A stretch of DNA of 64,000 nt from Akkermansiaceae bacterium (GTDB lineage: Bacteria > Verrucomicrobiota > Verrucomicrobiia > Verrucomicrobiales > Akkermansiaceae), in contig SUVN01000003.1 of NCBI GenBank assembly GCA_015061985.1, forward strand, positions 41,024 through 105,023, given 5' to 3'. A program made the translations under genes and the position numbers. The notes under the pieces are model-generated. The model worked only from the letters and a program-made list of their open reading frames with translations. It ran no database searches and was not told the DNA's origin. Positions 57,224 to 64,000 of the stretch are shown one piece after another. How positions within the stretch are numbered: the first letter of the stretch is position 1; each line of letters starts with the position of its first letter.

Positions 57224-59098
57224 TTACTTTCTCCTGCGGCGGAGGGTAAAGGCTACCAGACCCACCAGACCCAGCATGGAGGAAGTCGGCTCCGGAACAG
57301 CGGCTATACCCAGCGTGACATCGCCATTGGCGTTGTACTGCATCACGGCAGTGCCGGTGCTGTTGCCCTCTGCATCCAACAGTGTGACCTCATAGCCGGA
57401 GTAGGAATCTTCCCGCGCACCGGTGAAGAGCACCACCTCGGAGATATCAGCATCGCCCAGAGTCAGTGCAATGCTGCTGTTGCCGGTGAACACCACATCA
57501 TATTCTCCCAAATTAATCGTGTAATCTGCATCGGCGAAAATCAGTTCAGCATCGCCGGCCAGCATCATATCACCGGTCATGGTAAAATCACCACCCACCA
57601 GAATATCACCGCCCGTGGCGCTGATTCCGGCAATTTCGCTGCCTGCTTCTGCCACCAGCTTGCCGTCGGTCATGTTGACAGAAGCGTTGATAGTACCGCT
57701 GTTGACCAGCTCACCATCGGTGATGTTGATGCTTTCCCCTTCGGCGCTCTGAGCAAGGGAAACCACGCCGTTAATGGTGCCGTTGTTGGCAAACACGCCG
57801 CCCGAGATGGTCAGACCATTCACTACCAGCGTCTTGTCTTTTGCTACGGTAATCTCAGCCTTTTCGCTCTGGGTGAGGGTATTGACCGACACATCCTCAT
57901 TGAGGTTGAGCTTGCTCTCGCCGCTGACCTTCACGGTGTCGGCAGTCAGCGCGCCATTGACGTTGACGGTACCGGCACCGGACTGGTCAAGATTGTAGGT
58001 GGTGTTATTGCTTTCGAACGTTGTCTGGTCTAAGGCATAATTCGTGGGCAATGCTCCGGTTAATGCGGTATCATGACCACCGCCGATGTTGATGACACCG
58101 TTACCCGTTTGATTCAGAGAGATGGTGCTCTCCTGCTTAAAGTTGCTGCCATAGGCAAGGTGAATTAATCCATCCCCGCTTTGATTGAACACGATGTTTT
58201 GGGTGCCGCTTATTTGGGCTCTTCCCAGTTTGCCGATAACGAGCGTGGCGGAATCTGCGCTTTGGGTAAAGGTTGTAGTACCGGAGCCCTGCATGCAAAC
58301 AGTATCACGCAACACCGTTGCTCCGGCGTTATCTTCCTGCGTAATGGTGGCACCGGCTATCAGATTCACAGCACCATATACGTTCATGGTGCCGCCTGTT
58401 TGCGTCATTGAGAAACTACTATTGCCGAAAGCAGTCATGGTGCCTCGATAACTATCAATTCCCTCTATATCATCGCCGACATATCCGAAGGAAAGAGAAC
58501 CACCACTGATAGTCAGACTGTTTTGGATATATGAGTATTTGTAGCCACCATGGAAGACGCTACCTTGGTTACAACCGATGGTGCCGGTCGATACCGTACC
58601 TCCGGTTACAACCAAATCGGCGGCTGTAATTTTTGTTGCTGTAAGGCTGCCTCCGTTTACGGTAATCCCCGTGGCCTCAATCCCCTGGTAACTGGAATCA
58701 TTAAACTTGCCTCCCAATACAACCTTGCCATTGCCTTGCACTGTAACGTTGCCATGAACATGCAGATCCGGTGTCCTGGCAGAATCTGTTGGCGTTACCC
58801 ACTCCCAGTTATCAACGAAAGAACCTACATTATCGACGTGGCCTGTGGATTCGCCTGAATCACCGATGACTAAATCACCGTACCAATTATATTTCCGAGT
58901 ATCATATCCTTCATAGTAAAAAACATCAAGATAAGTATTACCGGCATTGTCCGTTTGGACTTTAGTTTCATCAAGTAGTGTACTATGCTGCACCCCTGAT
59001 GAAGGATCCCATTTTTCAGGCCCATCTGCGCCCATGGTCGGAAGGGCGAGGGCGGACATGACTGCTATACTGAGTAGTTTTGGTAAATGTAATTTCAT
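57224..59098 (-). CDS. PEP-CTERM sorting-domain protein, large beta-helix-like repeat protein (~625 aa)
   Basis: Start taken at MKLHLPKLLSIAVMSALALPTMGA (ATG 59098). It has G/T/N/S-rich repetitive beta-strand-like sequence. C-terminal VPEPTSSMLGLVGLVAFTLRRRRK. Confidence 0.85.
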   Translation of the reverse strand: MKLHLPKLLSIAVMSALALPTMGADGPEKWDPSSGVQHSTLLDETKVQTDNAGNTYLDVFYYEGYDTRKYNWYGDLVIGDSGESTGHVDNVGSFVDNWEWVTPTDSARTPDLHVHGNVTVQGNGKVVLGGKFNDSSYQGIEATGITVNGGSLTATKITAADLVVTGGTVSTGTIGCNQGSVFHGGYKYSYIQNSLTISGGSLSFGYVGDDIEGIDSYRGTMTAFGNSSFSMTQTGGTMNVYGAVNLIAGATITQEDNAGATVLRDTVCMQGSGTTTFTQSADSATLVIGKLGRAQISGTQNIVFNQSGDGLIHLAYGSNFKQESTISLNQTGNGVINIGGGHDTALTGALPTNYALDQTTFESNNTTYNLDQSGAGTVNVNGALTADTVKVSGESKLNLNEDVSVNTLTQSEKAEITVAKDKTLVVNGLTISGGVFANNGTINGVVSLAQSAEGESINITDGELVNSGTINASVNMTDGKLVAEAGSEIAGISATGGDILVGGDFTMTGDMMLAGDAELIFADADYTINLGEYDVVFTGNSSIALTLGDADISEVVLFTGAREDSYSGYEVTLLDAEGNSTGTAVMQYNANGDVTLGIAAVPEPTSSMLGLVGLVAFTLRRRRK

Positions 59099-59150
59099 GG
59101 TTTTATAGTTGTTCGTTTTGCGTGGTGCCGATTGGTCACCACGCACAATA

Positions 59151-59315
59151 TACAGCATTCACAATGCTGTAGTTATGTAAAATTCGGAAGAATCAAAGGG
59201 TTAGATTTCCAACTGTGACGGGATAACGTTTGTTTCATGGCTTCCTTGCAGAATAAAAGCTCATTATTTTCAGTAATTTCCAACTTTTAGACTTGCTACA
59301 GCATTGTGAATGCTG
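59151..59315 (-). repeat. ~165-nt element bounded by CAGCATT-N3-AATGCTG palindromes, upstream of PEP-CTERM gene 2 (homologue of 55242-55404)
   Basis: tacagcattcacaatgctgta (59151-59171, perfect 9-3-9 palindrome) and cagcattgtgaatgctg (59299-59315, perfect 7-3-7). The reverse complement begins cagcattcacaatgctgtagcaagtctaaaagt..., compared with cagcattttgaatgctgtagcaagtccaaaagt... in element 1. Confidence 0.85.
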
Positions 59316-59350
59316 ATATCTTCCTTTTTTCTGAGCCACCGGCATAGAAC

Positions 59351-59440
59351 GACAACAAAAACCCGCGCAACCCGATAATTCCGGGGAGCGCGGGGAGAAG
59401 GAGAAGCGGTGTTGTTATCCTTATCTGTTGCGGGCAATTG
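59351..59440 (+). repeat. Copy B of the ~90-bp direct repeat; contains the RND-operon terminator and overlaps the last codons of the RND gene
   Basis: gacaacaaaaacccgcgcaacccgataattccggggagcgcggggagaag...tctgttgcgggcaat. The hairpin cccgcgc (59362-59368) / gcgcggg (59388-59394) is followed on the minus strand by TTTTTG. Confidence 0.75.
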
Positions 59441-62400
59441 TATTGATGCGGCGCAGGCGCAGGCGGGCGGCAGTCCAGTCGCGCATGCGGGCAAAGATGG
59501 AGTAGAGCGGCGGCACCATGAAGATACCGAACACCGTTGCCAGCAGCATGCCGAAGAAGGTCGTCACGCCGATTTCCACACGGCTGGCGGCACCGGAGCC
59601 GGTGGCTACCACCATCGGGAATACACCGAAGAGGAAGGAAATCGCCGTCATGAGCACGGCGCGGAAACGCTGGCGCGCACCGTTGATGGCAGCCGTCTGG
59701 ATGCGGGTTCCGTTCTCATGGTCTTCCTTGCTGAACTCCACCATGAGGATGGCGTTCTTGGCCGCCAGACCGATGAGCATCAGGATACCCAGCTGCACAT
59801 AGATGGACATGGACAGCCCGAAGAGCTGGGCACCCATGAGTGCGCCCATGGTGGCCACGGTCACGGAGAGCATGACCGGCACCGGCGTGGTCCAGCTCTC
59901 ATACTGCGCTACCAGGAAGAGGTAGGCGAAGATGACAGCCATGGCGATGAGCGGAGCGAGTTTACCCTCATTCTGCCGCTCCTGGTAGGAGAGGTCTTTC
60001 CACTCTGCGCCCCAGATGAGGTCGCGCCCGGCAGCGCGTTCTTCTTTGTTAATCTCAGCAATGGTGTCCTCAATGAACTTCATGACCTGACCGGAGCCGA
60101 CACCCTCCTTACTCTGCACGGTGACGTTGGCACTCATGTACTGGTTGAAGCGCTCGTAGTACGCCGGGCCCATGCGGTAGGAGAGCGTGCAGAGAGCAGA
60201 GAGCGGCACCATTTCTCCCTTGGTGTTACGCACCATCTGGTTGAGGATATCATCTGCCGTGCGGCGGTCGCGGGTGTTACCCTGAATCATCACCTTGAAG
60301 TTGAAGCCGTTCAGAGTGAAGTCATTCACGTAGGATGAGGCCATCACGCTCTGCAGGGTGCTGAAGATGGTATTGACCGGGACGTTGAGCGACTGGGCTT
60401 TCTGGCGGTTCACCTCCAGGAAAATCTGGGGGTTTTCCGCGTTGTACTCACTGCGCACCATGGAAACGAGGTCTGTGCGAGCCTGCAGGCGGGACTGCAT
60501 TTCCTTGACCATGTTGCCCAGCAACAGCGGCGTGGCATCATCCCCGGAAACCGTCAGCACCAGAGATATACCGCCGGTGATACCCAGGCCCTGAATAGCG
60601 GGCGGGGTCACGGCCATGATAGAGGCCTGGGGAATATCCGCACAGGCTTTGTTGATGGCGGCGGCAATGGCGGTGTTGCTCAGCTCCGGCGTGGTGCGTT
60701 CTTCCCATGGCTTGAGCAGCACAATCATCATGCCGTTGCTCTCACCGGAACCGGAGGCAAAGCTGTAGCCGCTCTGGGTGGTAATCATGTCGATACCGGG
60801 AATCTTCAGCACGCGCTCCTCAATCTGGCGCATCACCTTATCCGTGCGCTGCTTGGCGGTGGCGGTTCCCTCCATGTTCACCATGACAAAGAGCGCGCCC
60901 TTATCCTCTGTGGGGATGAAGGAGCTGTTAATCATCTTCGGGGAGATGAGGGAAAGGAAATCCAGCCCCTTGTCCTGCTGTTTCTGCGCGGCTTTCATCC
61001 TGGCAGCCATGGCGGCGGCCGGGTCGGAGGGGGCAGCCGGTGTCGGGCGGAAGATGTCATTCCACCATGCCGGAGCCCCGGTGAAGTACACATAGTTACC
61101 CCCGATAATCAGCAGTATCATCAGCACGGTAAGCCAGGCATTGTTCACCAGCACGGAAGCCCCTTTCAGGTAGATGGCGCGGGACTTCTCCAAGAACCAG
61201 TTAAAGGGCACAAACAGAACACTCAGGCGGCTCTGCCTTGCTCCGGCCGGACGCAGGATGAGCGCGCAGAGTGCCGGGGACAGCGTGAGGGCGTTCAGCG
61301 TAGAGATGCAGAGTGCCACACACATGGTCACGGAGAACTGCGTGTAAATCACACCCACCATACCACCGTAGAAGGCGATGGGCACATACACGGCCAGCGT
61401 CACCAGAGTGGTGGCAATTACCGCACCGGTAATCTGCTTCATGCTCTTGATGGTGGCTTCCTTCGGGCTGAGCTTCTCCTCCTGAATGATACGCATCACG
61501 TTCTCCACCACCACGATGGCATCATCCACCAGTGAACCAATCACCAGAATGAGGCCGAACATGGTCAGTACGTTGATGGTATAGCCCAGCGGGTACATAA
61601 TCATGAATGCACCCAGCAGCGAGACCGGAATGGCCAGAGAGGGAATGAGCGTGGCGCGCCAATCCTGCAGGAAGAGGTAGGTCACCAGAATCACCAGGAA
61701 GAGAGCCAACGCGAGCGTGATGCCGATTTCCTCCATGGTGGCGGAAATCGCCTGGGTCGGGTCATAGCCCATGCGCCAGTCCATGCCGTCCGGGAAGTTC
61801 TTCTCAATCTCCTTCATGCAGTCCTGGAGCGCGCCCACGGTGGCAACGGCGTTCGCATCGTTGTTGCGGAACACAATCATACCTACGGAATCCTTGCCGT
61901 TCACGCGGCTGTAACCGGAATTCCGCTCCGCACCCAGCTCGATGGTGGCTACATCCTTGAGCATGGTCACATGGCCGTCCAGACCACGCTTGACGATGAT
62001 ATTGCCGAACTCCTCCACGGTCTTGAGTCGCCCGGTGGCCGTCACCTTGAACGTGGCGTAGGACTCCTCGTCCTCCGAGCCTACGGAACCGGCCGCGGCC
62101 TGGATATTCTGCTCATTGATGGCGGATTTGATGTCGGCAGGGGTGATATTGAGGGCACTCATGCGGGTGGTATTCATCCACACGCGCATGGCGTAGTTGC
62201 GGCTGGGGATGATATCCGCGCTGGAGATACCGTCCACCTGGCACACACGGTCTTTCACGTTCATGCGTACCCAGTTGGAGAGCTCCAGGATGCTCATCTT
62301 GTTCTCATCGCAGCTGAAGTTAAGGAAGCAGAGCATATCGCCCGAGCGCTTGCGGACGTTGTAACCGGTCTGCTTGATTTCCGCCGGCAGCTTGGATTCC

Positions 62401-62744
62401 ACGGCCTTGATGGCGTTGGAGACGTTCACCATGGCCATGTCATCATTGGTACCGGAGGCGAAAATGAGGGTGAGCGAGTAGGAGCCGTTGTTGGCACAGG
62501 AGGAGTAGAAATACTCCAGGTCATCCATACCGATGAGCTGTTCCTCCACGGGGGCGGCCACCACCTGCGCCAATTCTTCCGCACTGGCTCCGGCGTAGGT
62601 CATGCGCACCGATATCGTGGGCGGCGACACCTCCGGGTATTCCGACACCGGCATGAGCGACAGGCAGATAAGACCCGCCAGCATCATCACGATGGAGACA
62701 ACAAAGGCAAACTTGGGACGGTGAATGAAAAATTCGGAAAACAT
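59421..62744 (-). CDS. RND-family efflux transporter permease (AcrB/HAE1-like)
   Basis: 1107 aa. N-terminal MFSEFFIHRPKFAFVVSIVMMLAG, 12-TM architecture with two large periplasmic loops, and LVIGSLVDDAIVVVEN in TM4. Confidence 0.95.
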   Translation of the reverse strand: MFSEFFIHRPKFAFVVSIVMMLAGLICLSLMPVSEYPEVSPPTISVRMTYAGASAEELAQVVAAPVEEQLIGMDDLEYFYSSCANNGSYSLTLIFASGTNDDMAMVNVSNAIKAVESKLPAEIKQTGYNVRKRSGDMLCFLNFSCDENKMSILELSNWVRMNVKDRVCQVDGISSADIIPSRNYAMRVWMNTTRMSALNITPADIKSAINEQNIQAAAGSVGSEDEESYATFKVTATGRLKTVEEFGNIIVKRGLDGHVTMLKDVATIELGAERNSGYSRVNGKDSVGMIVFRNNDANAVATVGALQDCMKEIEKNFPDGMDWRMGYDPTQAISATMEEIGITLALALFLVILVTYLFLQDWRATLIPSLAIPVSLLGAFMIMYPLGYTINVLTMFGLILVIGSLVDDAIVVVENVMRIIQEEKLSPKEATIKSMKQITGAVIATTLVTLAVYVPIAFYGGMVGVIYTQFSVTMCVALCISTLNALTLSPALCALILRPAGARQSRLSVLFVPFNWFLEKSRAIYLKGASVLVNNAWLTVLMILLIIGGNYVYFTGAPAWWNDIFRPTPAAPSDPAAAMAARMKAAQKQQDKGLDFLSLISPKMINSSFIPTEDKGALFVMVNMEGTATAKQRTDKVMRQIEERVLKIPGIDMITTQSGYSFASGSGESNGMMIVLLKPWEERTTPELSNTAIAAAINKACADIPQASIMAVTPPAIQGLGITGGISLVLTVSGDDATPLLLGNMVKEMQSRLQARTDLVSMVRSEYNAENPQIFLEVNRQKAQSLNVPVNTIFSTLQSVMASSYVNDFTLNGFNFKVMIQGNTRDRRTADDILNQMVRNTKGEMVPLSALCTLSYRMGPAYYERFNQYMSANVTVQSKEGVGSGQVMKFIEDTIAEINKEERAAGRDLIWGAEWKDLSYQERQNEGKLAPLIAMAVIFAYLFLVAQYESWTTPVPVMLSVTVATMGALMGAQLFGLSMSIYVQLGILMLIGLAAKNAILMVEFSKEDHENGTRIQTAAINGARQRFRAVLMTAISFLFGVFPMVVATGSGAASRVEIGVTTFFGMLLATVFGIFMVPPLYSIFARMRDWTAARLRLRRINTIARNR

Positions 62745-62759
62745 AGTCGTCGTGAAAGG

Positions 62760-64000
62760 TTATTCGGGTTGGACAGGAGTTCCCTCGCTCAGAGAGGCCA
62801 GGTTGTTGATGATGACTTTCTCACCGGGAGTCAGACCGTGGTGAATGGCGGTGCGCCCATCCTCGGTCGTGCCGCCGCAGATGACCTGCCGACGGCGGGC
62901 ATGCCCGTCTTCCTCCACAAATACGTAGTGCCCGGCGGTATCCACCAGCACGGCCTCCGCCGGCACGGCGGGTACTTTGAACTCCGGCTTGCGTTTCACG
63001 CGGATGGTGACCACGCCGCCCGGGCTCAGCCGACCGTCCTTGTTGTCAAAGAACGCCCAGATGTTCTGGGTATCGGTGGCGGTGCGGATGATATTATCAC
63101 AGAAGCAGACGTGTCCCTTTTCTCCGTACACGTTACCGGAAGCGGTCACCAGCGAAATTTCCGCTTCTTTCATCAGTTTCTCCACGTTGCCGAAGGCGGA
63201 GAGAATGCGGTTCTCACTCATGGAGAAGCGCACATAGATGGGGCTGATTTGCACCAGAGAAGCCAGCGGGGACTTGGTATCAGTGATATAGTTGCCGCCG
63301 GAAAAATTCACGCGACCGATGCGGGCATCCATGCCGGCATGTATCGTGCAGCGGGAAAGGTCATCCAGCGCAATGGTAAAGTCCGCCACGGCAGCCAGAC
63401 GCGCCGCCTGCAAATCATCAAAGGTAGCCTGAGCACTCTCCACTTCATCCTTGCTGGTGGCATTTCTGTCCAGCAGGTATTTCTGGCGGTTGAGCTTCAC
63501 CAGCGCATCTTGAATGCGGACATCGAGCTGCGCTATTTCGGATTTTCGGACATCTACCAGCGCTTGATAACGGGTGGGATCGATGCGGAAAAGCACATCC
63601 CCCTTCTTCACCATATCACCCTCTTTGAACTGGGGCTCTGCCAGCAAACCCTGCACCAGCGGGCGCAGCTCCACCGTATTGATGGCTTCTGTGCGTGCAC
63701 CCTGACAGATGATGACCGTGGGGTCTTCCATCTCGCTCACCGTGTCTGTTTTGACCATGACCACCGGTTCGGATTCCGGTGCCTCGGGCTGCTGGGTTTC
63801 TGCTGCCGGTTTCACGGTTTCCACCGGGATAACCGTACCGCCCACGCGCGTCTTGTGAGCACCGTCGGCAATCACCATTTCCCCGGGCTGCAAGCCTTCG
63901 TAGATGGATTGCAGGCGCCCCTGAATCGGCCCGGCGATGACATTGCGGCGCGAAACCACATTCTTATCATCCACCACGTGGACAAAGGCACCATCGGCAT
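62760..64000 (-). CDS. RND efflux periplasmic adaptor (MFP), 5' end beyond window; contains the C-terminal part of one MFP module fused in frame to a complete second module
   Basis: The frame is open to nt 64000. Lipoyl/hairpin motifs: FKEGDMVKKGDVLFRIDPTRYQA...RCTIHAGMDARIGRV. The C-terminal LTPGEKVIINNLASLSEGTPVQ is paralleled upstream by LQPGEMVIADGAHKTRVGGTVIPV. Confidence 0.85.
   Translation of the reverse strand, partial: ADGAFVHVVDDKNVVSRRNVIAGPIQGRLQSIYEGLQPGEMVIADGAHKTRVGGTVIPVETVKPAAETQQPEAPESEPVVMVKTDTVSEMEDPTVIICQGARTEAINTVELRPLVQGLLAEPQFKEGDMVKKGDVLFRIDPTRYQALVDVRKSEIAQLDVRIQDALVKLNRQKYLLDRNATSKDEVESAQATFDDLQAARLAAVADFTIALDDLSRCTIHAGMDARIGRVNFSGGNYITDTKSPLASLVQISPIYVRFSMSENRILSAFGNVEKLMKEAEISLVTASGNVYGEKGHVCFCDNIIRTATDTQNIWAFFDNKDGRLSPGGVVTIRVKRKPEFKVPAVPAEAVLVDTAGHYVFVEEDGHARRRQVICGGTTEDGRTAIHHGLTPGEKVIINNLASLSEGTPVQPE

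Overview
This is a 64-kb chromosomal window from a high-G+C bacterium, roughly 60 % G+C by eye in the housekeeping genes. Two proteins end in PEP-CTERM sorting signals. Together with a GH84 hexosaminidase, an HGSNAT-like membrane acetyltransferase and other glycan-degrading genes, this suggests a Verrucomicrobiota (Akkermansia-like) mucin degrader; that taxonomic call is inference only. Confidently recognised genes are: a contiguous nuoD-nuoN complex I operon (27.5-40.4 kb), pdxH, a tRNA-dihydrouridine synthase, an octaheme cytochrome c with HEAT/TPR repeats, an S41 tail-specific peptidase, guaB, acnA, a flavin reductase-like protein, a GH84 enzyme, a HAD hydrolase, and an RND efflux pump with its adaptor. 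No rRNA, tRNA, CRISPR array, integrase or prophage was seen. The most interesting region is 1-13.7 kb, where twelve co-directional, tightly spaced genes sit. They comprise a MacB-type ABC ATPase and permease, an FGE/SUMF1-fold exported protein, and nine uncharacterised exported or membrane proteins. The nine include an AT-rich HEXXH protein, a pair sharing a paralogous N-domain, a ~1060-aa internally duplicated protein with a polytopic C-terminus, and four TM-anchored coiled-coil proteins. G+C drops sharply inside the fourth gene. I propose this block as a candidate undescribed envelope-associated system. Other notable items: (1) two homologous ~165-nt elements, each bounded by CAGCATT-N3-AATGCTG palindromes exactly 146 bp apart, sit upstream of the two PEP-CTERM genes; (2) the same two genes have homologous terminators, and ~90-bp direct repeats bracket one cassette; (3) an orphan AAA/STAND-like ATPase lies between guaB and acnA, flanked by a 23-nt direct repeat and carrying an 18-bp perfect palindrome at its 5' end; (4) an in-frame tandem (two-module) RND adaptor protein; (5) a ~45-aa insertion in the TM1-TM2 loop of NuoH; (6) no nuoABC upstream of nuoD. 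All functional calls rest on motifs read by eye. No database search was run.
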